From: a virus
IMG/VR virus record: IMGVR_UViG_3300013307_000002
Span: 1-64,000 of that record
Length of the DNA: 64,000 nucleotides
Direction: 5' to 3' (one strand)
Shown piece after piece: positions 19,398 through 28,169 of the stretch (within the stretch, counting starts at the first letter, position 1; the number at the start of each line of letters is the position of its first letter). Under the pieces are notes generated by a model. The model searched no databases, was not told the DNA's origin, and saw nothing but the letters and a program-made list of their open reading frames with translations. The translations under genes were made by a program, and so were the position numbers.

Positions 19398-19814
19398 TTA
19401 GTCGTCTTCTGAATCCTCTTCTTTAGACGGAGGCAAAACATCTCCACCCAAACTCGCAGATAAGAAGTCACGGATTTTATTATCCAGTTGATCTTCAGTG
19501 AGAGCATCATGCTCGTCCATCTTAACTTCAATCGAAGCAGCTTTCGGATATACCAGATCGGCAACCTTAGCAGCAGCTTTGAATCTCAGGTCAGGTGGAA
19601 TGGTTGGATCTTGATAAATATCAATCATGACTTCATCAGGGGACAAACCAGCTTGTGCAACTCTATCTAACATAGCTTGAGTTAATTTGTTTCGTTTACC
19701 TTTAGCTCTTCCGAACTTGTTTCCTTTTTCGAACTTACCTGACTGTGGGTTCATACCTTTAACTTCATATTCATCAGTAACCCCAGCCAACCTTTTGAGT
19801 TGTTCGTTATCCAT
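19398..19814 (-). CDS. terS: terminase small subunit
   Basis: 'GKFEKGNKFGRAKGKRNKLT' motif; immediately upstream of terL. Confidence 0.75.
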   Translation of the reverse strand: MDNEQLKRLAGVTDEYEVKGMNPQSGKFEKGNKFGRAKGKRNKLTQAMLDRVAQAGLSPDEVMIDIYQDPTIPPDLRFKAAAKVADLVYPKAASIEVKMDEHDALTEDQLDNKIRDFLSASLGGDVLPPSKEEDSEDD

Positions 19815-20064
19815 TTATCAGTTCTCCTTTTCTTTCATTATAAATATTTTCGCGCCGGTTCCACCTCCGCCCCCAGCTACGCGGGGTCGTCGGCGTGTCG
19901 CTTACGCTCCTTCCTCTGAAAGAAAGAGAAGTAAGTCTATAAATGGCATGTTTGTTATGAATGGCAGGTCAGCTATGAATGCACACCCAATACCATGAAG
20001 GGCAGGTTTCTCTCTGATAGATACTCCCCACCCCTCATAGCTTACGTACTCTTTACTACTTTCA

Positions 20065-20628
20065 TTAGCTCAGTACAATCTTACCTGTCTTTAATCCTTC
20101 CATGATTTCATCGTACGCTGGATGTTCATGAACAGGGATGGTGTTGTACTCATATGAATGGAATGGTTCTAAGCAATTGAGCTTACCATCTTTATCAACT
20201 TCTACTCGACAACCATTGATGATGTTGCCTGAATGCACATCTTGTTTAGCTAGGCCATTAATGCGATGGTAGGCTTGAGGCCCATTCACCATTTCCATAA
20301 ATCTGTTAGCAGAATCTTCTACTTCTTTGTTATCAACAATATGATAGAAAGTGTTGTGAAGGGGGTTCTTACCACCAGATAAGAAATTCTCATAATCCTC
20401 TAACTTGTTTGGATTATTCACTTCTCTCTCATATTCTTCTTCCAGAGAGATTGCATGACCTGCGATGTTAAGGGCATGTTCCTTATCATAAATATCATTA
20501 ACAGCACCACCACGTAAGCTACTAACTAATTCAGTGAATTCAGTAGGAGTGATGTGACCTTCATTCAGTAGCTCATTCAGGATTGCTACTCTCTCATTAA
20601 AATTACTATTCATTAAATATGTCTCCAT
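20065..20628 (-). CDS. hypothetical protein
   Basis: 187-aa ORF in the late operon. Confidence 0.55.
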   Translation of the reverse strand: METYLMNSNFNERVAILNELLNEGHITPTEFTELVSSLRGGAVNDIYDKEHALNIAGHAISLEEEYEREVNNPNKLEDYENFLSGGKNPLHNTFYHIVDNKEVEDSANRFMEMVNGPQAYHRINGLAKQDVHSGNIINGCRVEVDKDGKLNCLEPFHSYEYNTIPVHEHPAYDEIMEGLKTGKIVLS

Positions 20629-21101
20629 GTTTTTCTGTGTACTACATTATGGATGGTAGTTCTACCAACACCATACCTAGTAGCTAAAGCCCGAACCCCG
20701 TAAGTACGAGACTCCGGTATAAACTCTTTCCGTATCTGGAGAACATCTTCTTCAGTAAGTACGTGTTTTCCGTGACGTTCAGAATATAAATTATTATTTA
20801 CTGCGTGTTCTACATTAATCTTTTGTGTACACCACTCTAGGTTGTCTATGTGGTTGTTAAGCTTATTACCATCTTTGTGATTAACAACTAAACCTTCGTA
20901 GCTTTCTTGTGGATGCCAAGTCATAGCAATCAATCTATGAATGGGGAGGTAGTGAACTTTTTTGTCAACTGTAACCTTAACTTCTAAATATCCTGCAAGA
21001 TTGATTCTGCAATATCTTTGTTTCTTATTTGTTGGTTTTCTTATTTCACCAGTCTCGTTTACCTCTAACCAAGACTCCCAACCATTTACGAGTTTGAACA
21101 T
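20613..21101 (-). CDS. HNH homing endonuclease
   Basis: 'IHRLIA...VNHKDGNKLNNHIDNLEWCT..N..HA' plus C-terminal HTH. Confidence 0.9.
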   Translation of the reverse strand: MFKLVNGWESWLEVNETGEIRKPTNKKQRYCRINLAGYLEVKVTVDKKVHYLPIHRLIAMTWHPQESYEGLVVNHKDGNKLNNHIDNLEWCTQKINVEHAVNNNLYSERHGKHVLTEEDVLQIRKEFIPESRTYGVRALATRYGVGRTTIHNVVHRKTWRHI

Positions 21102-21398
21102 AATGCCTCCAATAATATCTATACATCTTATTCATTATTGAAAGGTGGAATAGGGTTCCGTAATAGGGACACTTTTATTCTCAAAAATCCGACGAGTGGG
21201 GTATAGAGCTTTTGGCGAAAAGGCAGAAAGGGGAGTCCTCATTTGGTTTTTCCTAAACAGAACTATCCTTGTTTGTCAATCGGAACTATCCTAAATCGCT
21301 AGCCATTCACCGCTATGCATACCTATGCACTACCTACCCCTACCCATTAATAACAGGGGGTTTTATTCAGAGGATAAACTATTCAGTGTTATATCTTA

Positions 21399-22219
21399 TA
21401 AACTATTGATTCATATAATATAAAAAATGTAGGAAATAACCCGTATTTATGTTGACAACGTGATGCCGATATGATAGGCCCGACTATAGAACTAAGCATA
21501 GACTATACTCTGAGTAACTAAGCATTCATTGCTATTGCATAACCATTCATTATCCGCTGAGAAAGATAAAGTCTAAAGCATTAATAGCTAAAGAATGATT
21601 ACATTTCCCAGGGTTAATAAACGTAGATTATTCAGTAGGTTAGTTGTAGTAGAGTTAGTAAGTTGTTGATTCTTCTCTCTTTTCTTCAGAGTGTGTTTGA
21701 GTGTAACGAAAACGTTAAAGATGTTAGTAGAGAGTTATATGCCTGTTAAGTAATTGTAATTAGATTGTTAATAGGATGTTATTCATACTTAGAATAAATA
21801 TAGTAACTTAATGAAATAATTCTTGACATTTACTATTAAATATGTTATAATATACTATTAGAATGATAGTAATAAGTTATAATGTTTTATAGAATTATTA
21901 TTAATTGAAATATTATTATTAGAAATTATAACTCTTAGAATTATTAACAAGGTTAACTCTATTACATTCAGATCCGTAGTCTATAAGTACCAGATTATAG
22001 AGTGATTATTGAGCAGTTAGATTAAGTGGTTGATTTATAAGAAGTTTTATTTGTTGATTGTTGGAACTGTACAAGATACGCATGTACGCGTTCTATCTAC
22101 TGAGCGATGATTGATTGGTACTAGATAGATAAACTGTTTATAAATCAGTAACTTAGATGTTTAGTGCGATGGGATGATAAGAATTTAGAGATTATTTTCT
22201 CTTTAGAATCAATAACTTA
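21399..22219. promoter_or_regulatory. cluster of IHF-binding consensus sites
   Basis: exact WATCAANNNNTTR at 21399-21411(-), 21659-21671(-), 22023-22035(-), 22207-22219(+); one-mismatch copy at 22143-22155(+). Confidence 0.6.
21823..21851 (+). promoter_or_regulatory. consensus sigma70 early promoter
   Basis: TTGACA-17 bp-TATAAT with extended -10 TG and AT-rich upstream sequence. Confidence 0.85.
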
Positions 22220-22251
22220 GAAGAAAGATTGAAAATAGTTAGACAAAATGG

Positions 22252-22341
22252 TTGCAGTGAAGGGCGATTCTGATATTATGTATCTCAAGCCAGCAGCAAC
22301 GGCTCAGACAACTAGAAGTTTGGTTGTCGTGCTCTTTAACA
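22252..22341 (+). promoter_or_regulatory. rrn-like promoter 1 plus boxA
   Basis: TTGCAG-16-TATTAT; hairpins; TGCTCTTTAACA at 22330-22341. Confidence 0.75.
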
Positions 22342-22467
22342 ATCAGACTGTTATGTTATCCCTTTAGTAACGATGTTACAAGCTAACGAGAATTAACTAG
22401 ATTGCCGTTGAGGTTGTTACTGGAAACAGTGACTTAGCAAAAAGGTTAATTGAGAGTGAAAAAGAGA

Positions 22468-22579
22468 TTGACAGATTAAAACAGTCTGATAGAATGGGCA
22501 CCAAGTTGAACGGAAAGCCGCGCTGAATAAGTTTAGTAAGCCCCGCAAGATGTTTAGCTAGTAGTACCGCTCTTTAAAA
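22468..22579 (+). promoter_or_regulatory. rrn-like promoter 2 plus boxA
   Basis: TTGACA-16-TAGAAT; CGCTCTTTAAAA at 22568-22579. Confidence 0.75.
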
Positions 22580-22633
22580 ATTTAACTTCAGTCTGGTCTG
22601 ATAAACTATCTACTTAGCAGGGGAAGGTTTATC

Positions 22634-22822
22634 ATGGCAAGAAATACTCTTAAACGTGTGATGTTAGGTTATATCCTAATTGATAACGAAACGGGCGCTG
22701 TATTCGACAGAGGCCCACACGACAGAGAGTGGTCACTAGTGATTAATAAGTCACTGGCAGATACTCTCAGAGATTGGGGCGGCAAGGCTGCCATAGTCGG
22801 GCAAAACGTTGTGTTTAAGTGA
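22634..22822 (+). CDS. first early protein (62 aa), hypothetical
   Basis: purine-rich RBS (GGGGAAGG); gene enclosed by a 28-bp RNA stem. Confidence 0.65.
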   Translation: MARNTLKRVMLGYILIDNETGAVFDRGPHDREWSLVINKSLADTLRDWGGKAAIVGQNVVFK

Positions 22823-22879
22823 TGATAGACTGGCGCTCAGGCGCTGGTTTATCAGACTAGATTGAAGTTGAAAAAATTG

Positions 22880-22977
22880 TTGACCTGACCGGCGATTGCT
22901 GTATAATGGTTAACAAGTTGAGGCGATAAGCCTTAACAGATAACGGTGTAACAGCTTGTTGTCGACGCTCTTTAACA
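22880..22977 (+). promoter_or_regulatory. rrn-like promoter 3 plus boxA
   Basis: TTGACC-16-TATAAT; hairpin GTTGAGGC-GATAA-GCCTTAAC; CGCTCTTTAACA at 22966-22977. Confidence 0.8.
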
Positions 22978-22981
22978 AACA

Positions 22982-23269
22982 GGATGATTACTTAACTAGC
23001 GAAAGCAATCGCTTAGAATGACGCTCAGGCGCTTCTATGATGGTTGTTAGTAGGTTGGTTGTGTGTAGCGGGTAAATAAGCACAATCGACAAGGTTAGTA
23101 GCGAAACAGAAAGCTGATTATCATATCGGGCTTTTGTAGCAGTCTGCCTATCCGGTGAGACTAAGCGCAATAGCTGTAAACGGTAGATGAAAGGTTAATA
23201 AGAAGTGCGAACGCCCACTAAGTTAAGATGACAATACAGAATGTAACAATTCGCTTTTGTCTATCATCC
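22982..23269 (+). ncRNA. candidate structured ncRNA A
   Basis: closing stems GGATGAT/ATCATCC and CTTAACT/AGTTAAG; possible internal pseudoknot; no plus-strand ORF of 60 codons or more. Confidence 0.45.
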
Positions 23270-23287
23270 GAGCGGCTAACGCCGCGC

Positions 23288-23542
23288 CCCGTTTAACAAT
23301 ATGGTTTTGATTCTATCCAAGTATGAGACTAGCGAGATAGTTTAGTGTTGAGGATTGAAAGCAGATAACTCCCTGTTGTAGTTTGATATAGTGATTCTGT
23401 GAGTAGTGGCTTAACGATAATCGCTGATAGTAAAAGTAGGGCATGAGTACGTGATAGGCCGGAAAGTGTGCGAACTGAAAACGGTGATTAGTGCGGCGTT
23501 AGAGATTATTTGGATTAAATAGAATCGCCTTTGTTAAACGGG
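23288..23542 (+). ncRNA. candidate structured ncRNA B
   Basis: perfect 12-bp closing stem CCCGTTTAACAA/TTGTTAAACGGG extended by GATTCTA/TAGAATC and TCCAA/TTGGA. Confidence 0.5.
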
Positions 23543-23725
23543 AGGATAAAATGTAAAGCGTAAAGGTTTACAACCTAAATTAATGTGAGGTGGCTTGGTG
23601 CCTTAATCTGAAAAAGATTATGTGAGCATGAGCCTCTTTACCTGTTGTCAGTGCGGTTACTACTGTGACGGCGCTGATAATGGTAAACAGGTTTTTAAAC
23701 AACACCTTAGCAGGGAGTGAAGTAA

Positions 23726-24022
23726 ATGGAAAAAATAACACTGGTTAGAATGTTTAGACAATTACTTGTTAGTTCAATCGACAAGTTAGGCGCAGGCGGT
23801 ATGAAACCGGAGGCTGTTTATCGGGAGTTTATCGCTCGCAAGGCTAACATCCTCGAAAATGTACACTCTACCACTAACCGCAAAGAGCATTTAGCGTTAA
23901 TGCTTATTGCAAACAAAGTTTATGTGAACCCCACTAAAAAGGGCAGTAGCGAACTGTTAAAGAAAGAGTTTGAAACGTGTTTAAACAAACTCCCTTCAGC
24001 AGTTAACGGTTTTAAAAAGTAG
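23726..24022 (+). CDS. hypothetical early protein
   Basis: 98-aa ORF with GGGAG RBS. Confidence 0.6.
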   Translation: MEKITLVRMFRQLLVSSIDKLGAGGMKPEAVYREFIARKANILENVHSTTNRKEHLALMLIANKVYVNPTKKGSSELLKKEFETCLNKLPSAVNGFKK

Positions 24023-24089
24023 TAAACTGTAGTACAATCCGAGTGTAATAACTCAATCTCATAAATAAATACTTTGAAAGGTAAATAAA

Positions 24090-24971
24090 ATGTCTAAAGT
24101 TGAAATCGTAAAAGGTCAAGATAACATCCGTAGCGTAATTGGCGCAATCGCTGGTAAAGCTAAAGCGTACAAAACCGTTATTTCTAGCGCAATCCTCTCT
24201 GCTTATCAGCACTACCGTTTACACGGTGATTACACCCTGCTGCAAGAAGCGTTAGACACTGTTTTCTCTATCAATTACCGTGATTACTCCGCCGTTGCTG
24301 ATTTTGTTCGCTCTTACACTGAGCTGGAATGTGTTACTCTTAATCAGGGCCGCCGTCAGCGTGTTGAGATCGCTGGAACAATTGAATCTCAGATGGAACG
24401 CCCGGAAAATATGTCCATGAAAGATTGGAACGCTAAGCTGGAGTCTAAGCGTAGTGAAATGATCATCCGTAATGGTCGCTTTGACGATTTTGCTACCGGC
24501 AAGCCGATCCCAATGAAGAATCCTAATTGGGTACAGGGTATGCCTAAAGATGAAAAGCAGGAAGGCGTAGTTTACGACGGCGACATCTTTGCATGGCATG
24601 ATGATGTTAAATGGCTGCGCACTGCTGCCCCTACTGTTGGCGGTGAAAGCACTGAAAACCTGCGAGAGCTGCCGGTAGAGCAAGCGGTAAACGTCGCTGT
24701 TAAACTGGAAGATCGTGTCCTGAAATCCAGCAACAAGCCAGTGTTTGCTGTCCTGATTCATATGATGGAACGTTTTGAAGCTGAAACCGGCGTGTATGCT
24801 ACTGATGAAGAGATTGAAACTTTCCAGCGCCGTGTAAATGCACTGCTGGAGCGCACCAAAGCGCGGTCAGAAAGCAAAGCAGAACGTGAAGCTGCTGAAA
24901 AGCAGGCTGCTGAAGAAAACAGCGGTGAGCAGGTAGTAACAACAGAGCAGGGCGAACCACTGCCTTACTAA
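24090..24971 (+). CDS. hypothetical early protein
   Basis: 293-aa ORF with RBS and high-expression-type codon usage. Confidence 0.75.
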   Translation: MSKVEIVKGQDNIRSVIGAIAGKAKAYKTVISSAILSAYQHYRLHGDYTLLQEALDTVFSINYRDYSAVADFVRSYTELECVTLNQGRRQRVEIAGTIESQMERPENMSMKDWNAKLESKRSEMIIRNGRFDDFATGKPIPMKNPNWVQGMPKDEKQEGVVYDGDIFAWHDDVKWLRTAAPTVGGESTENLRELPVEQAVNVAVKLEDRVLKSSNKPVFAVLIHMMERFEAETGVYATDEEIETFQRRVNALLERTKARSESKAEREAAEKQAAEENSGEQVVTTEQGEPLPY

Positions 24972-25125
24972 TACCTGATTGTATAAAAGTCAAAGGGCAT
25001 AATCTAACAGGTTGTGCCCTTTATTGTATGCAATTATAAGATTTATGTTTACCCCGTCTTAAATGTAACCCTGCTAAGTTATTAGGCGGGGTAGACATAC
25101 CCATTATTACTAGGAAAAATTATCA

Positions 25126-25524
25126 ATGTCTGAATTTGTACAGATGAAAGATGCTCAAACCGCTGAAGAGAAAGCAGCATCTATCGCAGCTATTGCAGCC
25201 CGTAGTAAAACACGCCACCTAACTAACTTTGGTTTAAGCCGTGGTGCTCTGCGAGTGTCTAAGCAGTCTGAAAATAGTGATGTCCGTAGCAGCGTAACAT
25301 CTCGCTTTCGTAAACCTGCGGAACGTGGTACGTTAGAACATCGTGAGACGCGCAAAGTAACTAAAGGCCGTCAGAAAGTTAAAGGTAAAACTATTGAGCC
25401 TGACGGCTGGTATACTCTTTCTCAGGGCGCTGATTGTGTGATGGGGCGTGATGAAAACAAACGCACCAAAGCTACCACGTCACAAGGCGTTTTTGTGAAC
25501 GGAAAGAATAAAGGGTTTAAATGA
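25126..25524 (+). CDS. basic hypothetical early protein
   Basis: 132 aa, Lys/Arg-rich; followed by a terminator. Confidence 0.7.
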   Translation: MSEFVQMKDAQTAEEKAASIAAIAARSKTRHLTNFGLSRGALRVSKQSENSDVRSSVTSRFRKPAERGTLEHRETRKVTKGRQKVKGKTIEPDGWYTLSQGADCVMGRDENKRTKATTSQGVFVNGKNKGFK

Positions 25525-25554
25525 TCAACTGCTGTTTATAAGGTAACTTTACCT

Positions 25555-25583
25555 AGCCACTCCTCCGGGGGTGGCTTTTTTTT
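25555..25583 (+). terminator. rho-independent terminator
   Basis: AGCCACTCC-TCC-GGGGGTGGC followed by a T run. Confidence 0.8.
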
Positions 25584-25625
25584 GCTTAAAGAAAAGTGTA
25601 ACCTTTTGTATAGGAATGTCTAACA

Positions 25626-25982
25626 ATGAAACAGCAAACAATATCTAAAGAGCGTCGCAATGCGATGCATCGTAATTACAAGGCATACATAGGCAGGCTG
25701 ATTGCCTTGTTCCCTGAAGTGTTTGACCGTGAAAACCCTAAGCCGCTGGCTATCGGTACTGCTGAAATGCTTCTCAGTCTGCCAGCGTTAAAGATGGATG
25801 ATGATCTAGTGTCTGACGTGCTGGCTTGTTGGTGTAGCCGCCGGGAGTATATCCGTGCTGCTTATCAACTGCGGGAACGTTGGAACGTGGTCGGTGTGCC
25901 TGTTGGCCCTATCATTGATTGGCAACAGAAACGTTTTGACACTCTTTATCACAAGATGGTCAAGCGTGGTTTGTATAACTAA
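25626..25982 (+). CDS. proQ: ProQ/FinO-domain RNA chaperone
   Basis: 'LFPEVFDRENPKPLAIG...LACWCSRREY...RWNVVGVPVG' follows the FinO pattern P-x-F...PLKIGI...Y...R-x-DLDG. Confidence 0.75.
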   Translation: MKQQTISKERRNAMHRNYKAYIGRLIALFPEVFDRENPKPLAIGTAEMLLSLPALKMDDDLVSDVLACWCSRREYIRAAYQLRERWNVVGVPVGPIIDWQQKRFDTLYHKMVKRGLYN

Positions 25983-26042
25983 GCTATACGGGGCAGGTTT
26001 TACTACTGTGACGCCGCGCCCCCTCAGTAAAAGGAATTACTA

Positions 26043-26441
26043 TTGATCTCTACGGCTATATTATATGTCGCTCTCACTACTTACCATGAGGCAAGAGGTG
26101 AGCCAAAATTGTGTCAGTTATTAGTGGCTGAGACAGTGAGCAACCGTATGAAAAGCCGTGATTTAACAGCTAAGCAGGTTGTAAGACAAAAGAATCAATT
26201 CTCATGGGTATCTGTCTTAAAGGGCAGAAGTGTTAGACAGGAATATAAAAGAATACAAAGGACAGCAGAACCTGCTGATAGGAAAGCACTAGATGATTCA
26301 ATCAATCTGGCTAATTGGGTTCTCTCTCCTTTGTATGTTTCAGTGAGTGATGCTGAATATTTCCACGATACTAGCATACGTACCCCTAAACACTTTAAAC
26401 ATAGGATAACGTGTGGAGGTAAGCTAGTTTTTTCTAGGTAA
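26043..26441 (+). CDS. cell wall hydrolase (Hydrolase_2/SleB-like)
   Basis: 'YHEARGEP...VAETVSNR...VVRQKNQFSW...AEYFH' motifs. Confidence 0.85.
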   Translation: MISTAILYVALTTYHEARGEPKLCQLLVAETVSNRMKSRDLTAKQVVRQKNQFSWVSVLKGRSVRQEYKRIQRTAEPADRKALDDSINLANWVLSPLYVSVSDAEYFHDTSIRTPKHFKHRITCGGKLVFSR

Positions 26442-26654
26442 ATCAATATGGATAAATGCGTATTCTGTAAGCAGCCGATTGGTTTGCTACAAGAAATAAT
26501 CTTAATCAATTGGCGTAAGCGTAAAGGTGAGCGCCGTATTGTTATTGCTTATAGCTGCACTGGTTGTGGTGAAGATCGTATAACTGACTTCTGCCAGCCT
26601 GAAAGGCCAGTGTTCAAATAAACAACTACTGTGACGTTTTTGTGAGGAATTGCC

Positions 26655-27125
26655 ATGCGTAAATTATTGTTGTTGGCTGTGTCAGTCTCGTTAGTTTTCA
26701 CCGCCCCGGCAATGGCTCGTGGCAATTACAATTCATCCTCTGAAAATTACCAGAAATATCAGCAGGATACTCGTACCCCTGAAGAGATTGAAGAGGACGA
26801 GGATTATGAAGATGGTGTTACAGATTGGGAAGATCACACTGTACCATCTCCTCAGCATGACTCTCAGAACGCCTCTTTAGCTATGTGCGGTAAACACACT
26901 GTCTTTATAAATCAAGATGATAATGTGCTTACAGTGGATGGTTTAAGCTATCAGTTGCTGGGTTTTGATTATAAGGTAGTTAACTCAGAACCTGTTCTAA
27001 TTGATCACTATGCTCTTGGCAATAAGATTGCTAACTTAGCAGTATTTCAAAACTCTAAGAAAATGATCTTCTTTCTTCAGGGTGAAAAACACTCTGTTGA
27101 ATGTGTTCCATATCAGTGGAACTAA
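26655..27125 (+). CDS. exported hypothetical protein
   Basis: classical signal peptide ending 'APAMA'. Confidence 0.6.
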   Translation: MRKLLLLAVSVSLVFTAPAMARGNYNSSSENYQKYQQDTRTPEEIEEDEDYEDGVTDWEDHTVPSPQHDSQNASLAMCGKHTVFINQDDNVLTVDGLSYQLLGFDYKVVNSEPVLIDHYALGNKIANLAVFQNSKKMIFFLQGEKHSVECVPYQWN

Positions 27126-27445
27126 GAGTATATTTCTCATAATGGACTCAAAGCATGAGCTTAACGCTAGCGTTGGATCGCTTGCTTCTGCACATGCTTA
27201 GTATTCTTTTGTATAGGAGTTCATTATGGCTAAGATTAACGTTAAAACAGCCAAAAAACCTCTTAATAATAAAGAGGATAAGGCAAAAGATCCAGATGTG
27301 AATGATGTTAAACGTAAGTTAGCAGCACTACTTCTGTTTCAACAACTCCACAAAGAGAAGCCCAAGAAAGGTAGCCTATCTAAAGTGGATTCAAACGACA
27401 AACCCTCTGAGTAATCAGGGGGTTTTCTTTTATCAGGGTTAATAT

Positions 27446-27721
27446 ATGTACGAAGATTTCGGTAGTATATGGGTAACAGCGTTGCTGGTTTACCTTATCG
27501 TTTTCTTTATCGATTTTGTGTGGATGAATAAAGTAGACAAAGAGAATCAAGGTGTTATGACTAAAGCAGATTACTTTATTAATCTGGTTGAAAGCATGAT
27601 GTGGCCTATCCTCTTACCACTTGAGATCATCTTCTTTCTTATCATTACAGTGTTCTCACTAACTCTTGAGTCTTTGTTCTGGATTCGTCGTAAGGTTAAA
27701 ACGCTGTGTAAGCAATTCTAG
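27446..27721 (+). CDS. small membrane protein
   Basis: two hydrophobic segments, 'WP' motif. Confidence 0.55.
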   Translation: MYEDFGSIWVTALLVYLIVFFIDFVWMNKVDKENQGVMTKADYFINLVESMMWPILLPLEIIFFLIITVFSLTLESLFWIRRKVKTLCKQF

Positions 27722-27730
27722 GAGGCGTCA

Positions 27731-27949
27731 ATGGATGCCGGGTACATTCTTACTATCTTCTGGTTTTTCTTTGCCTGCATCACATTTGGCTGCCTTGTAG
27801 GTGGTGATACACCTAAAGAGTTCATCAAGCCTACTAAGGGTTTTGTCTTAAAGGCTTGGTTTATCTCTGTATTCTGGCCTATAGCTTTCCTCTTAGTTAC
27901 TATCGAATATCTTGCTAAGAAAACTTCTTGGTTAGGTGGTTGGAGATAA
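27731..27949 (+). CDS. small membrane protein
   Basis: two hydrophobic segments, 'FWP' motif; GGAGG RBS. Confidence 0.55.
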   Translation: MDAGYILTIFWFFFACITFGCLVGGDTPKEFIKPTKGFVLKAWFISVFWPIAFLLVTIEYLAKKTSWLGGWR

Positions 27950-28012
27950 AATAGTTGGTAGTGTTTATATACTATAGCGAATGGATATAGTATATAACCA
28001 GTAACTAATTAT

Positions 28013-28088
28013 GATTCTGTAGTTCAGTTGGTAGAACGGTGGACTGTTAATCCATATGTCGCAGGTTCAAATCCTGCCAGAATCGCCA
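28013..28088 (+). tRNA. tRNA-Asn(GTT)
   Basis: cloverleaf GATTCTG/CAGAATC, loop CT-GTT-AA, TTCAAAT T-loop, encoded CCA. Confidence 0.95.
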
Positions 28089-28094
28089 AACAAT

Positions 28095-28163
28095 GGGAAC
28101 CTGAGCACTCTAGGGGACTAGAATATGAGCAATGGTTAATGACACTCGTGATGGTTCCCACCA
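28095..28163 (+). ncRNA. non-canonical tRNA-like RNA
   Basis: 7-bp acceptor GGGAACC/GGTTCCC plus A-CCA, but only two internal hairpins and no T-loop. Confidence 0.55.
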
Positions 28164-28169
28164 TTCAAT

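Noticed and set aside
20613-21101. Group I intron associated with the HNH genes
   Set aside because: The HNH ORFs appear free-standing and no interrupted host gene is evident on either side
21452-21480. TTGACA-containing promoter
   Set aside because: No acceptable -10 hexamer at 16-18 bp spacing
23286-23300. Fourth boxA (CCCCGTTTAACAAT)
   Set aside because: Lacks the GCTCTTT core and an upstream promoter; explained as one arm of a 12-bp stem
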